Shown here piece by piece: positions 1 to 13,218 of a stretch of 64,000 bases of DNA. The notes under the pieces are model-generated. The model did not search any database. It was not told the DNA's origin and saw only the letters and a program-made list of their open reading frames with translations. Origin of the DNA: Camelus dromedarius (lineage: Eukaryota). Numbering within the stretch: position 1 is the first letter of the stretch; every line of letters begins with the position of its first letter. A program made the position numbers and the translations under genes. Where the stretch lies: contig NC_087437.1 of the NCBI RefSeq assembly GCF_036321535.1, forward strand, positions 10,542,001-10,606,000, read 5' to 3'.

Positions 1-174
1 ATTACTTTTTGAAAGTAGTTTGACTATGGTAAAATGATTCATTTTGATTTTGACTTTTGATTTAGTAATTGAGCAGATAATAGAAAATACTACAAAAGAG
101 GGTGTGCTTCAGTTACACTAGCAGTTTTCACTTTTTATTGCTGTTTCAATGATCTCATTGAGCACAGGCTCTGC

Positions 175-1650
175 TTTATTTTTTAATTGTAACAGCTTTA
201 TTGAGATACAATTTAAAATGTAAAATTCAGTGCTTTTAGTGTATTCACAGAGTTTTATACCCAGAATAGTCAATTACACATTTTGATCAAACAAATCAAT
301 TTTACATTTTGATCACACTAAAAAGATACACCATACCTTTTATCAATCACTCTTTCCCTCTTTCCCAGTTTTACCACCATGGAGCCCTGGGCAACTATGA
401 GTCTACTTTCTGTCTCTATAGATTTGCCTCTGGACATTTTGTGTAAATGGAATCATACAATATGTGGTCTTTTGTGACTGTCGGGTTCTTTCATAAAGCA
501 TAATGTTTTCAGGTTTCAGCTGTATTGTAATGTTCATCAGTGTTTTACTTTTTTTTTTGCCTCTGAATAATATTGCATTGAATGGATATGCTACATTTTA
601 TTTGTCCATTCACTAGTTCATGGACATTTGGGTTGTTTCCACTCTTTGGTTATTGTGAATACAACTGCTGTGAACGTTTGTGTACGAAGTTTTTTGTGGA
701 CATTTGTCTTCATTTCTCTTGGATAGATACCTAGGAGTATTGCTGGGTCATATAGTAATTATGTTTAACCTTTGGGGGAGCTGCCAGACTATTCCAAAGC
801 GGCTGTACCATTTTACCTTCCTACCAGTAGTGTATGAGAATTCCAGTTTCTCCACAACCTTGGCAGTTGTTATTGTCTGTGTTTTTGATGATAGCCATCC
901 TGGGAGGGGTGAAGAATTATGTCATTGTGGTTTTGATTTGCATTATTCTGTTGAATAATGATGATGATTACCATCTTTTCATATGCTTATTAGAGATTTT
1001 TGTATCTTCTTTGAGGAAATGTGCATTCAAATTCTTTGAGTAGTTTAAAATTGAGTTTTTGTCTTTTTGTTGTTGAATTGTAAGTGTTCTTTATTTATCT
1101 TGAATACAAGTTCCATCAGATATATGGTTTGCAAATATTTTCTTCCATTTTGTGGATAGTGTTTTCACTTTTTTAATAGTGACCTTTGAAGCTTTAAAGT
1201 TTTAAAATTTGATGAAGTCCAATTTTTTTCTTTTGTTGCTTTGTGTATTTAGTATCATTTTAAAGAAACAATTGCCTAACCCAAGAGTAAGATTACACCT
1301 ACATTTTTCTAATAAGAGTTTTTTAGTTTTAGTTTCTGTATTTTGGTCTGTGATCCATTTTGTATGTGGTGTGAGGCAGAGGTCCAACTTCATTGTTCAT
1401 CTTTTGGATACCCAGTTGCTGAAAAGACCATTTCCCCCTACAGTTGTCTTCATATCCTTACTTGAAAAATCAGTGGATCATAAATGTGAAGGTTTATTTC
1501 CGAACTCTTAATTTTATTCCATTGATCCATGTCTGTTCTTAATATAATCTTATCTTAATCTAATCAAGACTATCTACCAGTCTTGATTACTGTACTTTGT
1601 AGTAAGTTTTGAATCAGAAACTGTAAGTCCTCTAACTGATGTACTTTTCA
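175..1650 (-). mobile_element. Old L1 (L1MB-like) 3' UTR plus degenerate ORF2 C-terminus, antisense
   Basis: Starts with a T-rich tail 'ttttaattgtaacagctttattgagatac'. Typical L1M 3' motifs are present (aaatggaatcatacaatatgtggtcttttgtgactg). The minus ORF 'MKLDLCLTPHTK' resembles the L1 ORF2 motif MKLDPYLTPYTK. Confidence 0.9.
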
Positions 1651-1965
1651 TTGTTTTAACTCATTAGTTAAAGCATTCCTGGAAAAGAAGAGGCCGTGAC
1701 TGGCATAAACCTCACCACTGTCTCACCTTTCTGTTGACAAGAGCCATTTAATAGAGGAAAATGTACTTTCCAGATCACAGTAACTGAACCAGCATATAGG
1801 GAAAATGCGTGTGGGGGTTAACATTTTTCAAAGCTATATCATAAAACAGGAAGGCATTGAGATAGAAATTGGGGACAGTGTCTATATAGATGTGATCTCT
1901 ACCAAGAGCTACCAGTGCAAAAATCTTAATTATTATTACTGATTGTTTTCCTTTTTGGTCATTAC

Positions 1966-2125
1966 AGTAATATTTATATAGCATTTTATAGTTTTTAAGG
2001 GATTTTACATATATGATGTCATTTAGTCTTTTCAGCCACCGGTAAAACTCCTGAGGTTCAGTAACTTGCGCAGGGCTTCACAACTAGAAATGGTTGATTT
2101 GGATTTAAACCCACATTTTCTGATC
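1966..2125 (-). mobile_element. MIR fragment
   Basis: 'gaggttcagtaacttgcgcagggcttcacaactag...ggatttaaaccca' matches the reverse-complement MIR core. Confidence 0.7.
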
Positions 2126-3222
2126 TTTCATCTTTTATTTTTCCACATGTGTGACTAGATAGAGAAATATGTTTAAAATTTTCTGGCTAGCTATTTGTGG
2201 TTCAGTTAAGAAAAAAAATCAACATACTAGGCATTCTAAGATATCATTTGTACTATGGTTCATTTTTCTGAATCCCATGGTATGATATTTAGTTGGAACA
2301 TTTTGAAAATTAATTGTTTGAATATAGTGATTTCTCTGACACTCTCATGTGTGTGTGTTTGTGTGGGTATATGTGTTAGTGTTATGTTATTACTGTCACT
2401 TGTCCAGGTAAAGGATTTCTTTACATTTGACAGTTAAGTCAGTGTCTGCATATGTCTGCAGTTTTAATGCCAAACTGTTTTCCCCTGTTACTCAGCCTGA
2501 CTCTAGGTCATGTTCCCCTACACTTCAGTATGTATTGTGGTAGGACAAGTGTAGGCTACAAGAAGATATCCAGGTGAAGATCTGGTTATAACTGATTGAG
2601 AGATAAGACATACAGGTGCTTAGAGAACCAAGGCCAGGAAAATGATGGTACTATTGACAGAAGCTGCCAATACCTGTGGCCTCTGCACATCTTAAAATTG
2701 ATAATGCTTCCCTCTCTACTTTGATTGCCGTGAAACTAATAGCCTTATTTACTCTTGGACCTTAGTAATTAACTGCATTTTGTTTAGAAACCTCAACTCT
2801 GGTTGTATGTTATTTTTTTACTCTTTTTTCCTCACCTTATATCAGTTCTTCATTTTGTACTTTCTTATTACATAAAAAATTTTGAGCCACTTCAGAGTCT
2901 TTGTGGAGCAAGGCAGATTACTAGTAAGTAAACAATATGAATAACTGAAAGGTGATGTAAGCATGTATTTGTAGCAGGATGCTGGAGAGCCTCTTATGAG
3001 GGGTCATTAACATGATGAAATTAAATATACGTTGAGGGCCCACGTTATTTGGATACTGAATTACTCATATCCATCTCTCCTTTCTTTACTACAGATAGTC
3101 GAGGAATTTTTACTCACTCCTTTGCTGAAGCATTGAGTGATTTTGCTTAGACTTTACAAAGATGAGTCTTTAAGGAACATTTGAATTGCACTAAGTGGTT
3201 AGAACAGCTAAAGATTGTTTGA

Positions 3223-3270
3223 AGTAGCACCTGTGTTGGAGTAGCACCTGCGTTGGAGTAGCACCTGTGG
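3223..3270. repeat. Tandem repeat, 17-bp unit AGTAGCACCTGYGTTGG x ~2.8
   Basis: Copies at 3223-3239, 3240-3256 and a partial copy at 3257-3270. Confidence 0.95.
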
Positions 3271-4706
3271 GCCGGATGGCTGCAGAGTTGGAGTGTGTGT
3301 ACGAGTGGCTAGGAATGAGGAAGCCTGGGCCTACCTTGTGTTCCACTGGCAGTTCAGAATTTCAGGAATTTCAAACTTGTTTATATTCTCATTTCCGTAT
3401 CTTCTTTTATGATATTTGGTGTGCACTCCTTCCTTACTGCCACGAGTATATGTATGGTTTTCTTTTTGCCTTTACGTCAAGGCTCACTTTTCACCTGGGG
3501 CACAACCAACACAGAGCTGTAAGGGGTTGTTACTTCACAGGGTGAACTTTAGGTGTAATTGTTTGCTGTTGGCGTACCTTTACTTTAAAATTGGACTTGG
3601 GGAAGACATAAGTCAATAAAATTGCCAGGGAAATTCCTTACTTTCTTACTTCAAGATGTTACTTTTTTATATCTACCTTTAACCATAGATTTTAAAAATA
3701 TTTATTTCATAATGAAAGAAAATGTTGAGTGATAAAGTGAGTTTAGTGCCCATAATTTGTGTCTCTGATATGTCATTTTTTCTAATCTTTGTTGCCTTAA
3801 GAACAGTACAAGAATGTGTCTGGAAAAACATGTATTAAATGATCACATTCAGATTGTATTTTATAACAGCAGCAGAACATTTTATCACTTATTTTAGTTT
3901 TCCCAGTTTTATAACTGGTTATTATTTCATATTTATTACTCACATACTTTAGATAGAAAGTGTCATATTACTCTCTAACATGTAATATTTTAATTTCTAT
4001 AGCTATTTTATGCTTAAAGATGTCCTGAAAACTATTCTTTAGTACACACAAAGCATTTCTTTACAGTGATTATTACATTCTTTGGCTTAAATCTCTTTTA
4101 TCAACTAGGAATTATTGCAGATACCAAGTAAGACTTTATTTTGTTAGTAATTTTTATTTTGAGAACAGTATAAATTTGGATTTTTAAATTGAATGTTGCC
4201 AAAATTTGCTTTTTGACTTTGTTTTTTGTAAATGTTCATTTAGAACTGTTTATTTAGACTGTCCACATACTTTAGGTTAGGGACTTGATGGAATGCCTTT
4301 AAAGGTATAACTAATTACATTTTTATGTGGAAGCAGCACATTATTCTAAAATGTGTCATACAGTCAGGTAATAGGCTAAAATTCACTTTCTCATCCAGCA
4401 CATAGCAGGTAGACTCTCTTTCCACTGTCTCCTACATGGAAGATGAAGCCTAGTAATACTCTGAAATCACCACAAGGAGAGGCAGAGCCCTCGTACCAGA
4501 AGTTCCTGCCTTGGCACCTGCCATTCTGTCCACCTTGAACCCAGCACTCCTTGCTCCCACCCCCCATTGTACAGCCTCTTTACCTGTTTTATCCACTTGG
4601 GTGAGAGCTCTTTCTTTAATCTCTGTACTTAAAGTTTTAGCATTTAGTTGATGTTCAGTGTACCTATGAATGAATAAATACAGTTAATTATGCTAGCGGC
4701 TAAGAG

Positions 4707-4935
4707 TTATTGAATGCTTCCAGTGTTCAAGGCAGGGTACTGAGTGCCTTAACTTAACAGCGTTATCTTATTTAATCTTCATGACAGTCTTTGAGGTAGA
4801 TGCTAGTGTTAGACTGTATTTTATGGGTAGGAAGACAGGCTGAGAGAGGTTAAGTAACTTGTTCAAGGTCACACAGCAAGGAAGAGTCAGAACTAGGATT
4901 TCAGCCTTGGTATTCCTGACTTCAGAGCCTAGGTG
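4707..4935 (-). mobile_element. MIR, near full length
   Basis: 'tgagagaggttaagtaacttgttcaaggtcacacagc' is the MIR core in reverse orientation. Confidence 0.9.
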
Positions 4936-4998
4936 TTTTGGGGGACTTGCTATGCTGTCTTCCTTTTGCAAAATGGGTACAGGTGAATCAATCCAGAG

Positions 4999-5196
4999 CA
5001 GCGCTTCCCCAGCGGGACTTGCCGTCACGGTGAAAGTGTTGTGTCTGTCATCCAGTGCAGTAGCTCCTGGCCCCTGCTAGTGGCTGTTTAGTACTTGAAG
5101 GTGGCCAGTCTAGCTGAGTAAGTGAGTTTCTAATTTTACTTAATTTAAATTTGGGTAACCCTATGTGACTAGTAGCTACTATATCACATAGCACAG
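4999..5196. mobile_element. MER3-like hAT-Charlie non-autonomous DNA transposon
   Basis: 'cagcgcttcccc...tagtggctgtttagtacttgaaggtggccagt...tatgtgactagtagctact...agcacag' follows the MER3 layout. Confidence 0.75.
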
Positions 5197-5749
5197 ATCT
5201 AGAAAAATAAGAACTTCTTAAGCTTAAACTTATGCTTAACTTCAGTTTTGGGTCAAGAGTAAACTACCAGGTCATTTTAACCTTTTAAAAGAGTGTTGAT
5301 AGTTATGTATTTATTTGTCTCCCTCCTACCACTGTTACATTCTACGCCCCAGGGACTGCTAAATACTGTTATTCTTTTTTACAGCATCACACACAGTGCC
5401 CTTAATTGAGAAAAGGCCCTTGAAAATATTAATATTGTAAAGTATTGGTTAAATATTTTTTTTTTACTTTTTAACAAAATGAGAGTGATATTGAAACCAT
5501 TGTTTTTAGATAGACATACAGGATATTGAACCTGGAAAGCTTATGGTATGGCACTCTCCAGTCCAGAGAGAAAACACCAGTTCTCCAAAGATGTGCAGTT
5601 CAGTGACAGAGCCAGGTCCAGCATTCAGCTCTGACAGGTCACTGTGCCGCTTACTTCATTGACAGAATGAGCATGTTTTATACAGTTAGAAAATTGAGAT
5701 ACTGTTAGTATAAACAAAGAAAACTGGGAATTCTTACCCATGATCATGA

Positions 5750-6090
5750 AGTACATATGAAAGAAATTGGGGTTATCTTGTCTGGGGAAGTGAGAGGTCA
5801 TAATAGCCATGCCTAACTGTTTTCAGGGCCATAAAATGGAAGAGAGGTTAATCTTATTCTGCGTGATTTCAGGGGGCAGAACTAGCACTGCTGTGTTCAA
5901 TTAGAAGGAAACCATTTTTTTTCCTGATAAAAGTTTTCATCTTCATTCAGAGCTGTCCAGAGAAATAGTGGATGACTTCAGGAGGTAGTATGTGCCCGTC
6001 TGTGGAGGAATTAGAGATGAATCCGTTTGCTGTGTCAGAGGGATTTCTGGGTGTCACATGCAGGGTAGTCCTGGACTGGTGTTTCCCAGC
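5750..6090 (+). mobile_element. L3/CR1 LINE 3' fragment
   Basis: 'tggaagagaggttaatcttattctgcgtgatttcagggggcagaactag' and 'cagagctgtccag...caggaggtagt' resemble the L3 3' region. Confidence 0.7.
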
Positions 6091-9039
6091 TGGTAGGCCC
6101 CGGACAAATCAAGCGTATTTTTATTAACTTTTGCTCTTCATGCATGGATGGTGACTCATTTTCCCTCTTTTCTTCTCCTTGGGGACTATTGTATGTCATA
6201 TATGTAGTTTATTGGCCTGGCTATTTTAGTAAAAAAGCCTGTTTACTTGTTACCAGTTCTGTGTATGAGTTATTAAGTGAGACTTTTATTTCCTTCTTTA
6301 TTTACAACTTTCAAATTTATAAGAAAATAATGATACATGAAGAACATGAGGAATAAGAGCCTGGTGTGGGGTTTAGGGGCATAAACTGATGCGCGTCAGT
6401 TTCATAGGTCCCAGACCGTTGCATGTTGTTTCATAAGCTCTGCTTATCTGACATAGTCATGAAAGAAAAATTTTATTGTTAATCAGGTGCTAACATGAAT
6501 TGACTGAATCATCTAATGCAAATCTTTCGAATATTCATTTGGTTCAGTATACATACCTTCAAGTCTATCAAACTATGTAACAAACTGTTTGGAATCCTCA
6601 TGGTTTCCCTCTGCTCCCTTTGGTCTTGGAGAATTTATTGGCTTCCTTAGAAATTGAATAAATACTAACGAAGAAAATATGTTTTATTTGGGTTGCGTTT
6701 TTTCTGACATGGTTTTTCCATGAGCCAGAAATCTTAGAATTAAAAAAAAATTCAAGGTTTTAAAGATTTCAAATGACAGGCTATGCTAAAGAAACTACCA
6801 CTGCTCTCTTCACATGCATGTGGACCACCTGTTTTATTTACGATCTTATTAAGAGATACTTATTTTAAAACTTTTGTCCAATCTTATGAAAAGATGACTG
6901 TCACGTCTGTAGGCCAGGGCAGAATTCTGTGGCCTGCTGTGTTAGATAGAGCAGAATGATCTGAGACCTGCGTACAAGTGATGAACTGGAAGAAGGTGGC
7001 AGATTCAGCTGCACATGCTGGAGGGAAGCCCTTGCCGGAAGCAGGAAAGGTTTCTGAAGAGTGGCAACCCTGCTTCTTGCTTCAGCAGTTGACGTTTTGG
7101 TGTTAGCCTCAAGTCAGCAGGAGATGGAGCCCAGCCCATGCAGTCTTTGGATTCCACATGGTCGGGGAGTGAGCAGAGCAGTCTGCAGGAGGGGTACTAG
7201 TGCTGGCCCGAGCCTCAGGCCAGAGACAGAGGTTTAGAACCTGAGAAGGTAGGGCCATAGGGGCTTGGGAGGCAGGCCTCCTCAGCTCAGGTGGGCGGGA
7301 TTGGAGCGGAGAGGTCCCTCTCAGCTCTGTCTGAGTTAGCTGTCAGATCCCCCAGGATAAGAGGGAAGACTTGTCTGCTTTGCAGGCCCTTGTGCATCAC
7401 TTCAGTAAGTGCCCTGCCACTGCTTGACTTAGAAATGGTGTTAAGCAGTGCTGTGGTCCGACTTTGCAAACAGCTGGAATCTGAGGTGGGGGAAAGGAAC
7501 AGACACATTTTAAGAGGGGGCAAAGGAGTTAAATTTACAATCCTGTTGTATTGGTATCAAATCCTTTAGAAATTTTTTAAGTTTTTAAAAATTTTAAAAG
7601 TTCATAGAAGAGATGTTTTGTCTTAATACATTGAAACAAAACCTTGTGCATTTTGCTTTAAATTTGAGTGAGGATAAGGCACTTCTGGCACCACCCAAGT
7701 GGCCTGGACTTAATCTAAGTGGCTTTAGTTATTGTGGTACCAAAAGAACTTCATTATAAGTTAGCTTTGCCCAAAAGGTAAAATGAACCCCACAGTGTTA
7801 CAAGTAGTCTTCAGTATTTGTGTAACAGACTTACTCTGTTGTTAATTAACTGTATTAATGGGAAATTAATAACTTACTATGTGGTATAAGGTGAAAATAG
7901 AGTATTTAAAAACCATGGAATATGAATTACAGTGTTCTGAATAATAGAGCGAACAAAGTGTTTTAAGTACTAAATTCATGGTAACCTCACCAAATATGTA
8001 AATAAGGGTGTTATCAAACATTTAGTAAGTGTTTATCAAAGTGATCATATGGTAGTTATCCAAAACTGATTCTCCTTCTTCAGGTTATATACGGGCCAGA
8101 TGTGTCCAGCTTTTAAAGCTGCCGAGCCGTTCTTCCAGTTTTTGAGCTCACCAGAGAAGTGGGCCAGTGGGTTGGTTACTGACAGAGAAGTAGAGTTGTA
8201 CGTGGTTTCTGATGTCATCATTCTCCATATTTGAAATAACCTGTTATCCCTTTTCTTGCTGTCATTTTAGGAAGTCAGGGGTTTGGACTGGGACAGGACC
8301 AAGTTGAGTATAGCTTTGTAATTAGCCAGTTGGGGACTCCTGACTGGATTTTGGAGATAGTAAATTTTGGCTTTCTCTGTGGCAGGTGGTCAGAGATGGA
8401 CATTAGTTTGACACATGTACATTCAGGTGGACATATACTTGTAAAATGCACCCAGTGTCCGTCAGCTTCTCCGCGGTCCAGCCCATCAGCTGGGGATTCA
8501 ACTGGGAAGTTTTGACTAATCTACAAAGTGCAGACTGTATTTGAGTAAGCACACCTTTCTAGGTAAGAGATCGGGCAGGCTTAAATTGACATTTATGTGC
8601 TCACAGCATTAGTGTTACAAGTTAGGCGTGGTCAGGGACTGTGGGCATTGACACCCATAGTCTGCTGAAGGCTTGGGAAGGAGGGGGTCTGCTGACATCC
8701 TGGTCCCTGTGGGCTTAGGATAAATGAGGGTCTCAGTTTCTAAGTGCTTATTAGAATTAGGGCAAGAGAGAGCAGAAATGCGTTTTGCCACATTGTTAAG
8801 TGGTAGGAATTTGTCTCAGGGATAAGAATAACTTTCATGTTTGACAAAGCAGCTGGTCAGAGATTAATAGGGAAGCCTTTGAATAGGCTCAAAATGGTAT
8901 TGGGCCCTGAGAAACAGCAAAATAAAACTATATTCTTGAATAAGAATATGTGAGATGCTGTTGTATTGAGAAAATAACTATTACTAGGTTAAGTGAATAA
9001 TAAAAATAAGCTGGGTAGGATGCATTTTGAGGTTGATAT

Positions 9040-10190
9040 TCATTTCACATTAAACACATTTTCTAAGGGCCTATTATGTGATCAGCCTTGTGCTGGGTAC
9101 TGGTGGTGCAATTACAGACAAGACAAAAGTGTCTTCACCAGCCTATGCGTCTGTGAAGATACACTGGGACTTCTTGGGAAAAAAAAATCCAAAATGACCT
9201 CACGGGGAAGGGGCAATAAACAGACAAGTACAATGAAGAAACAAACAAGGGGTGACTTTGAGAGTGGGAGTCTACTTTTACTTTGGGTTTGGAAGGCTTT
9301 TCTTAAGGAGACGACGTCTAGACAGAGAAGTAAATTAGAAAAGATGTTCACTACGTGAGGTGTGGAGGACCCTTAATGTCACGACTTGTGCTGAGACTAA
9401 GGCAGACACGTGCTGTGGCGTTGGAGCTGGTGGGAGAGGTCTGGTGTGGCTGGAGTGACGGTGAGTGTGGAGTTTGCCCGGGTATGCTGGGGCACAAGGT
9501 AAGATTGCACAGTGAGCCTGGGGCCAGATTGAGCAGAGTCTGGCTTTCGTGAAGAGCGATCTGGCAGCTAGATTGGAGGGGCGGACAAGATTGGAGGCTA
9601 ACACAGTCACCCAGGTGAGGTAGGTTCTGGACTTGGTGGCAGCAGTGGAGATAGAAAGCGGGTAAACTGAAGTGTATGTTTGATAGGAGAATCGGCAGGA
9701 CTTGCTGATGGATAGGTGGCGGAGTTGAGGGGAATTTTAGAGGAATGGGAAAAATCAGGTCAGATTTGATTCTGTTGGGAAAATGGCGGTGCCTGTTCTT
9801 CGAAGGGGAAGATTTGTGGAGGGAAGTGGGTCGTGAGTTCTGTTTTGGAGGTATTCATTGTGAAATGTCTGTGAGCCATTCGAATGAAGATGTGAAACAG
9901 GCAGTTGAACGTGAGTTGGGCAGTGAAGAGCGGGAAATATCCCTCTGAAGTTGTCATCATAAAGATACTTAAATCCACCAGAACTGATGAATTTATGTAT
10001 GGAAAGGGAATGGAAAAAGAAGAGGACCAAGACTAAACTCTCTGAGACTGTGGCATTTGGAGATGGTAAAGGAGGAGGGGCCAGGAGGGGAGGCAGAAGG
10101 AGCTAGCCGCCCAGGGAGTAGGAGGAGGCAGGACAGAGGTCCCTGTGGGGCCGAGAGAGAGCAGGGGAGAGTACTCCGTTCTTGGTGAGT
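9040..10190 (-). mobile_element. L2 LINE fragments
   Basis: An L2 3' end in reverse orientation at ~9040-9130, followed by purine-rich L2 body ('ggaaggcttttcttaaggag', 'gaaatgtctgtgagccattcgaatgaagatgtgaaacaggcagttg'). Confidence 0.8.
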
Positions 10191-10979
10191 GCGTCTGCAA
10201 TTGGCCATGAAGTTTTTAAGTGAACAAAAAAGTGGAATACTACAAAATTGTAGTTACTCTCACCACCAGGAAAGTAATAAGAATAGAGACTGTCAAGTTG
10301 CACTGAAGTTTCAAGAGTTTACAGTTTCTCTTATAATTTTCCAAGATTATGCATATTACTTATTCAACCAGTTTCCATATTTGGGCTCAAGAGGGAAGGC
10401 TTTACTCTTGGGAAGCCCGATGCTGCCCGTCTGAATGTTGTCTAGTCAGGCCGGGATGGCGTAGCTGGGGGCACTGTGAGAACTCGCAGCCCGACTCTGA
10501 CTGTGGACTGGACACAGCCGGCTGTGCCTGAGTCATATCTGACTGTCTTTCTTCAGGCTAGTGTGCATCTCACCGGAGAAGGAGGCATTGCCGGTAGCGT
10601 GTCTGGCTTTTGCATGCGTCTGGCTCCTGTTCTCTTGGGACATGCAATTACGTGTGGTCAATGTACACGCTTCATTTTTGCCACTGGGAAAGAGCTGTCA
10701 GGGATGTTATGCTTGGAGAACAGCAGAGGCTACTGTTGAAGCCAGGGTTGGCATAGGTGTACTCTCAAACATTTCCTGTGCACGTGGGCCGTTCCTGCCT
10801 GCATCCTGTGTGTGCAGACGCCAGGCAGAGGGTTGTGGAGCCTTCCCTCTGAGGGTGCATCAGCACAGCCTTTTCTCCACTCCTTCCATCGGGATTTCCA
10901 GGCCTAGCTCAAAGGTCACCTTTGTTCTGTCATTTTCTCTGCTCTCAGTGCACCCCCAGCACGTGTGTCTTTGAGTTAG

Positions 10980-11190
10980 AGAGGCAGTCTTGCATGGTGG
11001 TTTCTTCTGAAGGGACTGCCTAGGTTTTATATATTTAACCTCTTTGTCTAGTTATATAATTTCTCTATCTCAGTTCCCCTGCCTGTAAAATCCCACTTGT
11101 TTGTGTGAGGATGACATGAGTTAATACATGTAAAGGTAGTGCCCCGGCACGTAAGGGCTAACACCGGTTAGTTGTTGATGAAGTTACTAT
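10980..11190 (+). mobile_element. MIR
   Basis: 'ctcagttcccctgcctgtaaaat...gtgaggatgacatgagttaatacatgtaaag...gccccggcacgtaag'. Confidence 0.8.
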
Positions 11191-12924
11191 TATTTAGAAG
11201 GGTTACGTGCATTTACCTTCATCTGTTTTGAGGATGATGAAGGCATATGACATATATAATTCACTATCTTCTCAATACGGTCTATTGCATATAATAGGTA
11301 CTCAAATATTTTTGCAGTTGTTAAGGCAGAGAACTTCTGAATGCTTTATTTTTCTCTAAAAAGCTAAGCGTACACGTAAGTAAGTATCTTAGGTGTGACC
11401 CTAGATTGCTTGGTTGTTAGTATCTCTTGGTAAAGGTTGTTCGTTTTCGCTGGTATGTGGAAGTCTCATCAGCTGGGCTAGTGTCGGTGAAGAGAAGATG
11501 ATGGGAAACATCATTAGGAGGTTACGTCGAACATTTTATCACTAAATTAACTTAATAGTTTTTAATGTTTACAAAACTCGTTAATTGAGGTTGTGTTTAC
11601 TGTCAGCTGAAACAGCTTTTTCCCCTTAAAATATAATTTCTAGTTTTTTATGTTAATTACACTCAGTGTGGGGTACTTTGCATCATTCTCACAGGTATGT
11701 GAATCGTCTTAGTTCTTATGTCTTACAGCAAGACCTACTACCATCACTAGTTTTGTAGAATAATAGTTTTTGAAAGGTATAAGCTACTACTTAAGCTAAA
11801 AACATTCTATACAATACAGTTCTAAACAGGTTCTTAATATGTTTATTAAACATTCCTCCATGACGTGATTTGGTTTTAAGCTGTCATACAATTTCCTGGG
11901 ATGGGAGGGGAAATTTTTTTTTTAAGATAAACATTTTCTTTAGTGTTTTCCAGTTTTTCTTTTCTGATGATGCAGTGCGACAGCAATGACTATTTTCAGT
12001 GTCCATGGGTAGCTTGACATTTTAATCAGTTCATCTCCAAGTGTGCAGTGCTTCGGGGACCTTGAATAGTGTAAGATGTGGCTTCTTTAGGAGCTTATTA
12101 CCTTAGCTGTTGAAATAAGGCTGACTCACTTGAAATAATTAGAGAAAAATATTAGGTGGTATACAGAGGAAGTGTGGCATATTGATGTAGTAAGATAATT
12201 CATCCAGCAGCCTTGTTCATTTATTCACCAAAAACCTTTTGAGCACCTCTTTCTCATTGGAGTCAGCACCTCTAAATTTTGGTCCAAGATTTGCCATTGA
12301 GAAATTGAACAAGTCCCTTATTTTTTACTGAATTTACTCTTGATAAAAAGATAAAATATAAAAATGTGTATGAAGGCTCTTAGAACAAACAATAAACCAT
12401 CATGTGAATATAAAGAGTTGTATAATGTTAGAGGCAGACCATGTGTATGGCAGCATTTAAAGTAGAACAGTGAAGGCTGGAATAGTTGGGGGGGGGTTCC
12501 CATGCTGAACCTTGAAGGGCAGGTGGGATTTTCCCCAAAAAAACATCAGGGAAAGGGCCACTTTTAAAAGCCAATACTCAGGATTGATGAAGTAGTTGGA
12601 GAAAGAAGAGTAAGGTGGAAAAATTGTCTGATTGTGTGTTTTTGGAAGATGAAGTGTTCTGCCTGAGTGAATTTGTTGAACAACTGAAATGTATCCTTTC
12701 AAGTTTTCAAGTTTTTGTTATTTTATCATTTAGGATAAAATGTGCTTCTAAAATAAGTTTTGCGTTTCCCTGCCCTCTGAAACAGTACACTGAATTTAAC
12801 ACTTTCTTGTTCGTTTAGGACCTTGTTTTGTAATATAGTGATTGATCATGAAACTGCTGAGTTATTGAGGGCTGTAGGGATTTTACCTAATGTCCTATAA
12901 AGGATCTCAGGCTACTATCTTTCT

Positions 12925-13218
12925 TTAAAATGAGATGTATTTTAAATATTGTGGAATTCACCCTTATAAAATGTGTAATCCAGTGGTTTTGGTGTATTCA
13001 CGAAGTTGTGCGACCTCACCACTGCTACTTTCAGAACATTTTCATCACCCCAGAAAGAAACCTGGCACCTAATAGCATTCATTTCCCATTTTCTCTTGCT
13101 GCCAGTCCCTGGCAGCCACTGATTGACTCTCTATGGATTTGTCTGTTCTGGACACTTCTATAAATGGAATCATACATGATGTGGCCTTTTGTACCTAGCA
13201 TCTTCCACTTAGCATAAG
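12925..13218 (-). mobile_element. L1MB-like 3' end
   Basis: 'ttcagaacattttcatcaccccagaaagaaacc...taaatggaatcatacatgatgtggcctttt'. Confidence 0.9.

Noticed and set aside
3223..3270. CRISPR-like array (also 38763-38814)
   Set aside because: Head-to-tail tandem copies without unique spacers, in mammalian DNA with no cas genes.
5866..5882. CTCF-like motif (ttcagggggcag)
   Set aside because: Explained by L3/CR1 consensus sequence, with a poor match at the 5' half.
8386..8562. 177-nt exon candidate with AG|gtaaga donor
   Set aside because: Stops in all frames and no further support; such pseudo-exons are common in long introns.
9549..9570. 7SK 5'-end-like string (gtgaagagcgatctggcagc)
   Set aside because: Short, imperfect, has no TSD and lies inside an L2 whose consensus has a similar motif.
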